From positions 64,001 to 128,000 of the forward strand of contig CAWJZV010000026.1 of NCBI GenBank assembly GCA_963847445.1: a stretch of 64,000 bases of DNA. The letters are read 5' to 3'. Shown here piece by piece: positions 19,806-30,204 of the stretch (positions are counted from its first letter, which is position 1; each line of letters begins with the position of its first letter). The translations under genes and the position numbers were made by a program. This DNA is from an uncultured delta proteobacterium (GTDB lineage: Bacteria; Desulfobacterota; Binatia; UBA9968). The notes beneath the pieces were generated by a model. The model ran no database searches and was not told where the DNA came from. It saw only the letters and a program-made list of their open reading frames with translations.

Positions 19806-21512
19806 CTAGGTGGTAATCCGGCCACCGGAGATAAATGTGCCGATGCGGTTGCCGCGGGTCACGGGCAGGAGTAGGTGCGATGGATGCTCGGTGTCGTGGT
19901 AAAGCGTCACGCGCGAACTCGATTGACGCGCCACATGGCCCGAGCCGATGCCGTGCAGATGATGCGTCGGCGGGCCGCCGTCGTCCCCGGAGATGCGGAT
20001 GGCGAGGCGAAAGCCGGGACGAAGCCGGATACCGTAGGGGCGAATTTCGATATTGAACTCATAAATCTCATTGGCGGTCAGCGGCTCGCGTTTGTCGTGG
20101 CTATGATAGGGCGCCCAGGGCTTCGAGCGTTTCGGATCGATGCGCCGTTGCGAGCCTCTGAGCCAGCCGCGCGTCAACAAACGCTCGGTGCCCTGCGGGT
20201 CGACTTCGAGCAGCTGCACGAACCACAGGATCTCGTTATCGGTGGTCGATGCATACAGTGTCAACGACAGCGGTCCGCAGATATCGGTTGCTTCGACCAT
20301 CGCGGGTGTGCGAAACAACGCGGCGCCGCGCTCGTACGGTGAGTCCACATATACCGTGGGCGCTTCGTTGGGCCAGAACTCGTGCTCGGAAAGCAGACCA
20401 TGCTCGTGCAAATAGAAGGGCGTCCAACGCGTTTGCGGCAGCGGCCATTGGTTCGCTTCAATCCACTCACCCTCGCCGCCGTCGAGAAACACTTGCACGC
20501 GCGGCTCGTCCATGAGCCCGGTGTCATTGTCCTTGAGCCAGAGATCGAACCAGCGCAAAGATTCATAATGATATTGATAGACCGGCCGATCGAGATAAAT
20601 CGGCGGCCCGACGGTAAACTTCTTCGCTCCCTGCCACTCCTCCCAGGAGCGCATATCGCCCGCGAGATGGATGCCGTAAACACCCCAGCAGCTGCCCAGG
20701 TAAGCGGGAATCTTTAATTCACCCTGGCTCGCGGCGTGCCAGTCCTGCCAAAAGGTCGAATCCTGCGGCATCACCAGCGGCTCGACGATCCAGGCGTTGC
20801 GCCCCCTATCGGGATCGCGCAGCGCCTCGGCGAGCGCCGGGATCGCGGCGATTTCCGGATCGTTCAACGCAGCTTGAACCCGGCGCCGGTATTCGTCCTC
20901 GCCGAGTTTTTCTTTCATGCGGTTCTTGAAGCGCAGATTGGGCAGCTTGGCGATCCAGCGCGGCCGGAAGTTGTGATGCAGAATGCCGCCGTGGTAGTCC
21001 AAGTCGCGGTATAGATCGGTCAGCCCGTACATCGCGAAAATGCATTTGAGCGACGGCGGATTGAGCGCGGCGACGCGTTTTTGCACCATGGTAAAATAAG
21101 ACGGGCCGAACATGCCGACCTTGCCGTTACACCATTCTTGCTTAGCCAGCCATTCGATGGCGTCGTAGACGTCCTGAATTTCTTGTGGCCCGAGGAAGTC
21201 GTAGTAGCCCTCCGATTTGCCGGTGCCGCGCACGTTCAAAATCACGTGAACGTAGCCGCGCGAGACATAGAAGTTGGGATCGCCGGCTTCCATGTGGCCG
21301 CGGATTCCGCCCGCCCCCACCGGCATGATCGGCGCGATTTGATCTTCGAGTGAATAGGCGCAGACACCCAGGATCACCGGAAATTTTCCCTCGGCATCGG
21401 GCCGGTAGATGTAACTATTCAGCTTGGTGCCGTCGGCGGTCGGGATCGCGCAATCGCGCGCTTCGCGCACGCGATATTTACGCTCGGAAGTCATCCAGGT
21501 TTGCGTCAGCAT
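19806..21512 (-). CDS. CocE/NonD family serine hydrolase
   Basis: DGTKL..IYRP, NVRGTGKSEG, WCNGKVGMFGPSY, RWFDLWLK, C-terminal PepX-like domain. Confidence 0.92.
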   Translation of the reverse strand: MLTQTWMTSERKYRVREARDCAIPTADGTKLNSYIYRPDAEGKFPVILGVCAYSLEDQIAPIMPVGAGGIRGHMEAGDPNFYVSRGYVHVILNVRGTGKSEGYYDFLGPQEIQDVYDAIEWLAKQEWCNGKVGMFGPSYFTMVQKRVAALNPPSLKCIFAMYGLTDLYRDLDYHGGILHHNFRPRWIAKLPNLRFKNRMKEKLGEDEYRRRVQAALNDPEIAAIPALAEALRDPDRGRNAWIVEPLVMPQDSTFWQDWHAASQGELKIPAYLGSCWGVYGIHLAGDMRSWEEWQGAKKFTVGPPIYLDRPVYQYHYESLRWFDLWLKDNDTGLMDEPRVQVFLDGGEGEWIEANQWPLPQTRWTPFYLHEHGLLSEHEFWPNEAPTVYVDSPYERGAALFRTPAMVEATDICGPLSLTLYASTTDNEILWFVQLLEVDPQGTERLLTRGWLRGSQRRIDPKRSKPWAPYHSHDKREPLTANEIYEFNIEIRPYGIRLRPGFRLAIRISGDDGGPPTHHLHGIGSGHVARQSSSRVTLYHDTEHPSHLLLPVTRGNRIGTFISGGRITT

Positions 21513-21519
21513 GGGCTCC

Positions 21520-21548
21520 GATATAGCCAACAACCCCGGCTCTGTCAA
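21520..21548 (-). promoter_or_regulatory. Putative sigma70 promoter, possibly leaderless transcript
   Basis: TTGACA-N17-TATATC, 7 nt before ATG 21512. Confidence 0.55.
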
Positions 21549-21805
21549 TTTTCCATTTAGCGAAACGCCAGGTCTCGGCCCGCGCTGAGTTTGAGCAGTT
21601 GCCGCGTCTTCTTCCTTAGGAGTGCGACATAACGCATGAGCGGGTTATTTTCCGGAAAGAATAGCCAGCATGCTCAGACAAGCCGCATACTTCACAATTC
21701 ACGTCTGGCGTCTGGATCGATCGCCATCGTAAAAGTTCCTGTCGATCGCGACGGCGGCAAAGGGTAGGACGAAGCCACAGGAAAGCAAACCCATTATCCC
21801 TCGGG

Positions 21806-22783
21806 TCATTTAGCCGTAAGTTTTTGAAAAAAACCTTCCTTTTCTATTTCACCGACAAAGCGCATATCCGCCACGTCGTCGAATTTCAACTGACGAATCT
21901 TCGCATCCTTTTCAGCCAAATTGGCGAGCAGCGAATTGATACCCGCTCTGCTGACGTAAGGAATAGCATCGAAAGCATCGCGAAACTGGTTGTAGGTGTC
22001 GCCGAGTATATCCGCGTCATTCAAGCGCGTATATTTTTGAATCGCTTTTATGCCGACTTGCCGGTTGGTCTTGAAGATAACCACGCCCTCGCCGAGCGCC
22101 CGCACCAGACGCCGGGTGTTATCGGGATTGGCTTTGACATAAGCGCGCGTGCTGGCGATGACCGTGGACGGATATTCGGGACCATCGACACCAAGATTGA
22201 CCAGTTCGTGCAGCCCGGCCTTCTTCGCCCGGCTATTGGTCGGCGGCGACAACGCCCCGGCATCGATCTGGCCGGCGAGCAAAGTGGTCAGGATGTTCGG
22301 CACTTCACCTAGCTGTAGCAGGGCATAGTCGTTGGACCCCAAGCCGGCTTTGTTGACGACATGGAGCACCGCGGTGTGGGTCGACGAGCCGATGCGCGTG
22401 ATGCCGATCTTCTTGCCTTTCAAATCCGCCACACGCTTGATGTCCGGCCGCGCCATGATCGAAAAGACAAAGCGATTGACCCCTGCACAGAACATCACGA
22501 CATCGGCGCCGGCGCCGACGGCTTGAATACTATTCAGCGCATCCGCTGTCGTGTAGTGAATCTCGCCGGACAACATCGACTGAATCGCCCGCGAAGTCGA
22601 CGCGATATGAATCAGCTCAAGATCGAGGCCATGTTTCTTGAACAGCCCCTCCTCCTGCGCCACCCAGATACCGCTCATGACCCCGCTGATGGCGCCCCAG
22701 TTGAGCCGGACTTTCTGCTGGGCGCCGGCGGAGGTTGCCGTCGCGAGAAGGAAAAGAGCGAATATCCCGATTTGAATTATCAT
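21806..22783 (-). CDS. NMT1/SsuA-like substrate-binding protein
   Basis: Signal peptide MIIQIGIFALFLLATATSAGA, EEGLFKKHGLDL, DLKGKKIGITRIGS, EIEKEGFF. Confidence 0.9.
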   Translation of the reverse strand: MIIQIGIFALFLLATATSAGAQQKVRLNWGAISGVMSGIWVAQEEGLFKKHGLDLELIHIASTSRAIQSMLSGEIHYTTADALNSIQAVGAGADVVMFCAGVNRFVFSIMARPDIKRVADLKGKKIGITRIGSSTHTAVLHVVNKAGLGSNDYALLQLGEVPNILTTLLAGQIDAGALSPPTNSRAKKAGLHELVNLGVDGPEYPSTVIASTRAYVKANPDNTRRLVRALGEGVVIFKTNRQVGIKAIQKYTRLNDADILGDTYNQFRDAFDAIPYVSRAGINSLLANLAEKDAKIRQLKFDDVADMRFVGEIEKEGFFQKLTAK

Positions 22784-22797
22784 TGCGGTAAGAGAAA

Positions 22798-22865
22798 GGG
22801 CGACCCGCCGGTCGCCCCTACAAGTAAGGAAATTTCCGAAACCTTGAACTTTTGAACCTTGAACC
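22798..22865. repeat. GTAG REP plus TTGAAC half element
   Basis: GGGCGACCCGCCGGTCGCCCCTAC then ATTTCCGAAACC(TTGAAC)x3. Confidence 0.8.
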
Positions 22866-22872
22866 GCGCCGG

Positions 22873-23945
22873 CTATGCCGGCGCCACCCACGCGGTCAGC
22901 ACCGACGGCGTGTCCTTCAGCACCGGCTCCCACGAGTCGCCGCGGTCGCGGCTCGCGTACAAGCCGCCTTTGCCGGTGATGCGCGCGTCGAAGCCGTAGC
23001 CGCGGGCGCCGTCGCCCATGCCGCAGAACAGCGCGTTCTTGTCGGTCGGATGTTGCAGCAGCACCCAGGGCATCCATGGATTCTCTTTTTCCAACCCGTT
23101 GGCCGAAATGCGCCAGCTCTCGCCGCCGTCGTCGCTCAAAAGAATATGGCCCAGCGGCGTGTGTCCGCTCGCGCGCCCATACACCGGGCGAGCCCTTGCC
23201 GCCGCTTAGCACCATCCGTCCGCCGGGCATGAAGTGCCACTCGTGGGAATAGCTATGCAGTTCGGTGTAAGCCCAGGGCATGCCGGTCTCGACCCGGCGC
23301 CAGTGTTCGCCGCAGTTGTCGGTGCGGAAGAAACCGCGCGCCGACGAGACGTAAAAGCGCTCTTTGCTGCCGGGGAAGTTTTCGATGTAGTGCATGTCGA
23401 CGTAATCGATGCCGACGCTGCGGTCGTACCAAGTTTTGCCGCGGTCGCGGCTCAGCAAGACACCGCCATGTTCGAGCAAAACATAAATCAGGTTTCGATC
23501 GTCGGGATGAATAAAGATATGGCGCACATGAGGCGTCTCGACGTCCTTCAGCCGCGGCGGCACGCCCCACTTACTTTTTACCTCGGGACCGAAGTCGAGC
23601 ATGCCGTCGAGGGGTTCGAATTTTTTCCCGCCGTCCTCGCTGCGAAACAGCCGGATCGGCCCGATGCCCATGTAAACCACGCGCTCGTCATGGGGATCCA
23701 CCGTGAACGTGCGCACGTCGCCGTCCATGATCTTGGTCCAGCTCTTGCCGGCGTCTTCGGATCGATAGCCGCCATCGAACGCCACCGCGGCAAAGACAAT
23801 CTCGGGCTTCTTTATGCCGCCGATCAAATGCTCCAAAGTCACGCCGGGAAAATGCTCGGCGATGGTATTCATGGAACCGGCCCGGTTCTCCATCACCTTC
23901 AAGCCCGCCATTGTGGGCGATGTAGTAACGCAATGATTCAGCCAT
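22873..23945 (-). CDS. BNR/Asp-box beta-propeller protein, no signal peptide (+1 frameshifts near 23905 and 23165)
   Basis: Repeated S-x-D-x-G-x-x-W boxes: SEDAGKSW, SEDGGKKF, SRDRGKTW, TDNCGEHW, SDDGGESW, SRDRGDSW; GAGG RBS. Confidence 0.88.
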
Positions 23946-24067
23946 AAGTACCTCCTCTGATCATAGCATCGTAGCTTGTGAGACGCCGATATCCTCCCTC
24001 GATGGCGCAAAGCTCTGAGGTGACCGGATCGTCATCCGGCAGCCGCATCCAGAGGCCTTCCCCTCGA

Positions 24068-26357
24068 TCAGGCAAGACCGTCCGTCTCGACTCGAATCAT
24101 CTTGGCGCTATCCCCGTCCACCTCAACCTTACTTCTCGCTCGTTTAAGCGCCTGATAAACCTTCTCCGACGTCACCGGCAGATCGGTGATGCGCACGCCG
24201 CAAGCGTCCGCCACCGCATTGGCCACCGCCGCCGCCGTCGGCGTGTTCGCCACTTCACCGATGGCTAGAGAGTTATACGGCCCCGGGCCCGCCGGCACGC
24301 TTTCCGCGACATGGGTCTTGAGCGGCGGAATGTCGGTGATGTTAGGAATTTTAAATTCGCCGAAATTGCTCGTGGTGATCTTGCCGCCGTCGTCGAACAG
24401 CACTTCTTCGGTGAGCGCGTAGCCGAGACCGAACACCACGCCGCCTTCCACCTGCCCCTGGTGCATTAGCGGATTGATCACCTTGCCGGTGGTATGCGCC
24501 GAGATCATGTTGCGCAGCGTCACCTGGCCGGTTTCCGGATCGACATGGACTTCGGCGATCTGCGCCGACACCGAGGCGTCGTGCGACTTCTCCGAGCTCT
24601 TATAATAACCGCGCACGTAAATCGGCGCGCCTTTGAACTTGATCACCTCGGCGAAGCTCATCTTGCGCTTGGACGGCTTATGCCAGACCAGGCCTCGGTC
24701 AGTCGACAATTCTTTCGGATCGACTTCCAACGCTTGCGCCGCGAACAGGAACAGCTCCTCGCGCGCCTTGGTGCCGGCTTCGAAGGAGGCGTTGCCGTAG
24801 ACCCGAGTCGCCCGGCTGCCGCCGACGCCGCCGTCGCTCGGCACGATGGTGCTGTCGACCTGTTTCAACTCGATCTCGTCCGCCGGCACTTGCAGCTCCT
24901 CGCCGACCACTTCGACGATCACCGTCAACACGCCGGCGCCTTGATCGACCACCGGCGAGATGATTTTGATCTTGCCGTCTTCTTCGATGGTGACAAAGAC
25001 ACTGCCTTCGCCGCCGCTCGGGCTCCATTCGGAAAATGCCAAACCGCGGCCGACATTTTTCGGCTTGGCCTTGTTGAATCCGGCCATTTGAATCGCTTTG
25101 TCCAACGCTTCGTCGCCGCGGATATGCGAGATATGGCCGCCGATCGGTGTCTCGTCGCCGTCATGGAGCATATTCTTGCGCTTGAACTCGGCGGGGTCCA
25201 TGCCGAGCTTGCGGGCGACGATGTCCAGCTGGCTCTCGTTGGCGAAAAAGCCCTGGGGATCGCCCGGCGCGCGCATATGGCCGCAGGGAATCTTGTTGGT
25301 GTAGACCATCCGTTCTTCGATCAAACAGTTGGCGATCTTATACGGCCCGGCGCAGGTCGACGCGCCGATCAGGTAACCGGCCGGCTTCATCGACGCGTAG
25401 GCGCCGCTGTCGAAAAGAAAGTCGATATGGTGCGCGACGATGGTGCCGTCTTTCTTGACGCCCGTCTTCACCTTGATGATCGACGCGTGGCGCGGATTGC
25501 CGGCGGTCAATTCTTCGGTGTAGTCCATGACCATTTTCACCGGCATGCCGGCCTTCTTCGACAGGAAGTACGCCAGCGCCACGTCCATGAAGCCGCCCTT
25601 GCCGCCAAAGTCGCCGCCGATATGCATGGGATGAAAGATCAATTTTTCCTTGGCGATACCGATGCAGTTCGACAACTGGCCGCGCACGGCGAACGGCGTC
25701 TTGCTGCATGACCAGATATCGGCGCTGCCGTCGGCGCGGGTATGCGGCGACGCAGGCATGGGGTTCCAGATAAGACTGATGCGTGACTTGAGTGGTGAAA
25801 GTATTTTCGACGATCAGATCGGCCTGCTTGAAGCCGGCTTCGATGTCGCCCTTGCCCCACTTGAGATAAGCGAATAGGTTGCTGGCTTTTTCCACCGGCA
25901 CGGGCAAGCCCTTTGTAGGACAGCAAATCGGGATGCAGCACCGTCGAGCCGTCTTTGACCGCTTCGACTGGGATCGAGCAGCGGCGTCATTTCGTCATAC
26001 TCGACCTCGATCAACTCCAGCGCCGCTTCCGCCGCCTGCTTGGTGGTCGCGGCCACCGCGGCAACTTTCTCGCCGATGAAGCGCACGATGCCGTCGGCCA
26101 ACACCGGCGTGTCGTAGATGCAGCGGCCGATGCGCAAGCCCGGCACGTCCAAGCCCGGTGAGGACCGCCTTTACCCCAGCCACCTGCTCCGCTTTGCTGG
26201 TGTCGATTTTTTTGATCCGCGCGTAAGGCACCGGACTCCTGAGGCAACGGCCCCACAAGGTCTCCGGCAATTGCAAATCGGCGCTGTATTGCGCCTGCCC
26301 CGTCACTTTCGCCACGCCCTCCACTCTCGGCGTCGATCTTCCCACAACCTGCGTCAT
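24068..26357 (-). CDS. Xanthine dehydrogenase family molybdopterin-binding large subunit (four +1 frameshifts at about 26153, 25969, 25910, 25745)
   Basis: KVTGQAQY, LRSPVPYARI, HQSYLEPH, GGDFGGK, MRAPG, INP..GQVEGG, IGEV; GGAGG RBS. Confidence 0.92.
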
Positions 26358-26450
26358 TTATTTTCCTCCACAATAGAATTCTTCGCGGCATTGCTGCCTT
26401 GCAGACTTTTTAAACCGGAACCCGACAACTTGTCCAGCGCTTCGCGCCGA

Positions 26451-26501
26451 ATCTCCGAAAACGATTTGAACGGCTTGAACTTTTTGAACGTTTTGAACCT
26501 T
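26451..26501. repeat. TTGAAC half element
   Basis: ATCTCCGAAAACGAT then 4x TTGAAC at 9-bp period. Confidence 0.85.
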
Positions 26502-26508
26502 CAGTAAT

Positions 26509-27630
26509 TTACCCCCACACCCGCCGCGCCGTCCTAGCGACCAGTTCCAGCTTTCGCTGCATATCGTCCCAGGTAATCAAATTCCCCGACGCCGCCGAGG
26601 CGAAACCACACTGGGTGCTCAGAGCGAGATTCTCCACCGCCACATACTTCTGCGCCTGCTCGATGCGGCGCATGAGTTCATCTGCGGATTCGAGTTCCGG
26701 CTCCTTGGTCGTGATCAAGCCCAACACCACGGTCTTGCCCTTGGGCACGAAGCGCAACGGCTCGAAGCCGCCGGCCCGGTCGCTGTCGAACTCCAGTAAA
26801 TAGCGATCCATCTTGAGCGAGCCGAAGGCCTTCTCGGCGATCGGTTCGTAACCGCCCTCGGCGCCCCAGGCGCTGCGCTTGTTGCCGCGGCAAAAATGAA
26901 TGCCGATGGCGACATCGCTGTTGCGCTTGATGCCGTCGATCATGGCGTTGTCCGCCGCGATGGCGGCATCGAGCGCCTCGTCCAAATCGATGCCGCTCTG
27001 GGTCAACACGGCGCGCCGGCTCTGGTCGAAGAAGTTGGAATAGGACGGCGCGTCCAATTGCACGTAGGATGCCCCCTCGTCGATCAGTGCCTGCACTTCT
27101 TGGCGCATGATCGCCGCGACATCCTGCAGCATGTCATGCACCGTCGGATAGAACTTATCCGACACCCCTGGCCGATAGCGCATGATCGCATGCTGCATCG
27201 CCGCCGGCGTGCAGACTTTGAACGGCCCGGGCGCATGTTGTTTCAAGAATGGCGCCTCGTTGGGCGTGAAACGGCCTTTTCTCGTCAGCTTGGCGCCGAC
27301 GATGTATTGGAGATTGCCTTCTTTCGATTCGGCGGCTAACTCTTTACCTCTGCCGCGCCATTCGAACTTGACTACAGGTTTGCCAGGCACCAGCCCATCC
27401 ATCGCCTTGGTGATATCCGCGGTAAAAATATCCCGGCGATACTCGCCGTCGGTAAAGACATCGACGCCGGTAGCTTTCTGCATCGCCAACGCCTGGAGGA
27501 TCGAACGGTCCTCGATCTCGCGCACCTGCCGCTCATCCATCCGCCCGTCGCGCAGCGCCGCCCGCGCTTCAAGCAACTCCGCCGGCCGCAACAGACTGCC
27601 GATATTATCCGCCCGAAATGGTATCGCCAT
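26509..27630 (-). CDS. Core MetE-like Zn enzyme, type B
   Basis: FRADNIGSLLRP, TDGEYRR, VQLDAP, GIHFCRGN, LLEFD, STQCGFAS. Confidence 0.92.
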   Translation of the reverse strand: MAIPFRADNIGSLLRPAELLEARAALRDGRMDERQVREIEDRSILQALAMQKATGVDVFTDGEYRRDIFTADITKAMDGLVPGKPVVKFEWRGRGKELAAESKEGNLQYIVGAKLTRKGRFTPNEAPFLKQHAPGPFKVCTPAAMQHAIMRYRPGVSDKFYPTVHDMLQDVAAIMRQEVQALIDEGASYVQLDAPSYSNFFDQSRRAVLTQSGIDLDEALDAAIAADNAMIDGIKRNSDVAIGIHFCRGNKRSAWGAEGGYEPIAEKAFGSLKMDRYLLEFDSDRAGGFEPLRFVPKGKTVVLGLITTKEPELESADELMRRIEQAQKYVAVENLALSTQCGFASAASGNLITWDDMQRKLELVARTARRVWG

Positions 27631-27676
27631 GACTTAGACTCCCTTCCGAGGTTGAACTGTTGATCGAAACCGCATC

Positions 27677-27757
27677 GTTCAACAGTTCGAAGGTTCAACC
27701 GTTCAACGTCCGAATCCGCAACCAACCTTGAACTTTTGAACCGTTGAACCTTGAACG
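27677..27757. repeat. GTTCAA/TTGAAC palindrome (full copy)
   Basis: 4 GTTC(A/G)A units, loop GTCCGAATCCGCAACC, 4x TTGAAC. Confidence 0.9.
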
Positions 27758-27764
27758 AAATTAT

Positions 27765-28907
27765 CTATCCCCACACCTGCCGCGCCGTCTCGACGACCAC
27801 TTCCAACTTTCTTTTCTGATCGTCTTCGCTGACCAGATTGCCGACCACGTCCGAGGCAAAACCGCATTGCGGGCTGATCGCCAATTGTTCGAGCGGCAGA
27901 TACTTGGCCGCGGCGTCGATGCGGCGCTTGAGATCGTCGACGGTTTCGATCTCCGGAACCTTGGTGCTGACCAGTCCCAGCACCACGACCTTGCCTTTGG
28001 GCACGAAGCGCAGCGGCGCGAAGGTTCCCGACCGCGGACTGTCATATTCCAGCAAGAGCCGGTCATGGCGCAGCTCGGTGAAGAGCATCTCGGCGATGGC
28101 GTCGTAACTGCCCTCGCGGTGCCACATGCTGCGCTGGTTGCCGCGGCAGAGATGAATGCCGAAGGTGACGTCGTCGAAGAGCCGCAAAATCTCGTTATCG
28201 GCATTGACCGAGCGCATGAGATTTTTCGCTGGATCTTCGCCGCGCGCCTTCATCTCATCGAGGGACGGCGCGTCGACATAGGCGGTGTAGCTGGGCGCGT
28301 CGATTTGCACGTAACGGCAACCGGCGTCGACCAGGCCGCGAATCATTTCCCGTTCGATGCGCGCGACATCGGCGATGAAGTCCTCGATGCTCCAGTAAAT
28401 CGATTTTGAGTTCTGATAATCGAAACGCTGGGAGATCCGGTCCGGGCCGACCAGCGTCACCTTGGCCGGCCGCTGGGCAACACTGCTGACAAACCTATAT
28501 TCTTCCAATGGCAAATTCCGCTGTAAACGAAGCTTTTGCGACACCGGCCGGCGCTGCAAGATCGCCGCCCCGTCGGCGACATGGTAGGGATCCCAGCGCT
28601 GCAGCGGCTTACCCTCGCGCGACAGACTTTCGACAAACGACAGATCCGCCGGGCGGGCATCGAATCCGCTCACCGATGCGGCAAAGCTGTCCTGGAAATT
28701 GAGCCGGCGGAACTCGCCGTCGGTGACGACCTCCAGTCCGATCGCCTCCTGCAGCCGCACCGCATGGCCGATCGCTTCGTCCTCGATTCGGCGCAATTCC
28801 TCGGCGGTGATTTTTCCCGCATCTTGATCTGCGTAGGCCTGTTTGAGATGGCTGGGACGAAGTAAACTGCCGACCACGTCGGTCCTGATCTGCGCTAATG
28901 GTTTCAT
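27765..28907 (-). CDS. Core MetE-like Zn enzyme, type A
   Basis: RTDVVGSLLRP, TDGEFRRLNFQDSF, GIHLCRGN, LLEYD, SPQCGFAS. Confidence 0.92.
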   Translation of the reverse strand: MKPLAQIRTDVVGSLLRPSHLKQAYADQDAGKITAEELRRIEDEAIGHAVRLQEAIGLEVVTDGEFRRLNFQDSFAASVSGFDARPADLSFVESLSREGKPLQRWDPYHVADGAAILQRRPVSQKLRLQRNLPLEEYRFVSSVAQRPAKVTLVGPDRISQRFDYQNSKSIYWSIEDFIADVARIEREMIRGLVDAGCRYVQIDAPSYTAYVDAPSLDEMKARGEDPAKNLMRSVNADNEILRLFDDVTFGIHLCRGNQRSMWHREGSYDAIAEMLFTELRHDRLLLEYDSPRSGTFAPLRFVPKGKVVVLGLVSTKVPEIETVDDLKRRIDAAAKYLPLEQLAISPQCGFASDVVGNLVSEDDQKRKLEVVVETARQVWG

Positions 28908-28989
28908 CGTGATTTTCCCATAAGGTTTTTTCTCTTCGACTGAAAGGGATTTATCTTAATGTTCTTCCCGGTTTCCGGTGAAAAAGTGT

Positions 28990-29085
28990 TCACCGCAGAG
29001 GCACAGAGATCGCCGAGTTCAGAGAATTTCTCAATCAAGAATTCTTTACTCCACGTCCTCCGCGCCTCTGTGGTGCAATTTCCGA
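28990..29085. repeat. CACCGCAGAG 9-mer palindromic element
   Basis: TCACCGCAGAGGCACAGAGATCGCCGAG ... CTCCACGTCCTCCGCGCCTCTGTGGTG followed by TCCGA. Confidence 0.8.
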
Positions 29086-29103
29086 CCTTCAGATCTTAAG
29101 ACC

Positions 29104-30086
29104 CTATTTCGAAAAGCCAAGCTCCCGGCGCGCCTTTTCCAAGAAACTATAATCGACCACCTCGGCGACCTTGATCGGCCGGGTTACCTTGGCGCTCTCG
29201 CGCGCCAGGTCGACGAGCAGCTGCACCGATTCGTTCGAGATCGTCCCGTCCTTGGCCAGCACCCGGCTGACATCGTTAAAAATCGCCTCCGCCATCTTAC
29301 GGTCGCCAAGCTTCCAGCGCTTCTGCACCAGATCGACGATCTCCCCATGCCGGCTCTTGTCTAGCAAATACTGTAGTGCGCGCAACTCGGCCCGCACCAT
29401 GCGGTAGACCTCGTCGGGATTTTCCTTGATTCGCTTCTCGGTGGCGCCGAAGCCGGCTTGAGCGAACTCGACGACATCGCCAAGAAAGAGCAACTCGTTA
29501 AATCCCTTGTCACGCGCGAAAATGTTTTCCGGCACCGACAGCAACGAAGCATCAACCGCGCCCGATTCCAGCACCGCTAAACGCCCCGCCGCCGTGCCGC
29601 CCATGGGAAGGATCGTAACGTCCCGTCCCGGTTCGAGACCGACATGGCGCAACGCTTGCACGGCGAGCAGCGTCGCCGAAGCGCCGGGCGTGCTGCCAGC
29701 GACTTTTTTGCCCTTGAGATCGCGCGGCTCGCGGATATCCTTCCGGCTCACCAGAAACATCAGCGGCCGCGACACCGTAAACACCAAGACTTTCATCGGC
29801 CGCCCTTGCACCGCGGCGCTGATCACCCCGGTCGCCGCGCCGTTATAATCGAGGTCGCCGGTCATCAGCGCCGTACTCGCCAGCGTCGCCGGCATGTGAA
29901 TCAGCTCGACATCGAACCCTTCATCGCGAAAGAACCCCTTGTCATGGGCGGCGAAGGTCGGCAGCAGCGTCACCGTCGTCGACGACAGCGACAATCGAAT
30001 CTTCTTTCGGCTGGTCTGCGCATCGGCGCCATCGCTGCCAATCCCAACACGTGAACAGACAGCAGCACCGCGATTGTAATCTTCAT
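29104..30086 (-). CDS. NMT1/SsuA-like substrate-binding protein (frameshift in signal peptide region)
   Basis: MKITIAVLL start, DKGFFRDEGFDVE, DLKGKKVAG, VVDYSFLEKARRELG. Confidence 0.87.
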
Positions 30087-30100
30087 TGGCAGTCCACCTT

Positions 30101-30197
30101 TCGGATCTCCGAACAACTCTTGAACGCCGAACGATTTGACGGTTGAACCTCTTGAGCCGCTAAAACCTTGAACTTTGAACGCTTGAACCTTTGAACG
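30101..30197. repeat. Extended TTGAAC half element
   Basis: TCGGATCTCCGAAC then about 8 TTGAAC-like units. Confidence 0.85.
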
Positions 30198-30204
30198 AAT
30201 TAAT

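Noticed and set aside
21806-24010. 734-aa BNR propeller-SBP fusion
   Set aside because: Artefact of frameshifts; the propeller ends at 22873, and a repeat and a separate signal peptide precede the SBP
24068-26357. CO dehydrogenase CoxL, or a true pseudogene
   Set aside because: Lacks AYxCSFR/AYRGAGR; the breaks are +1 insertions like those across the window
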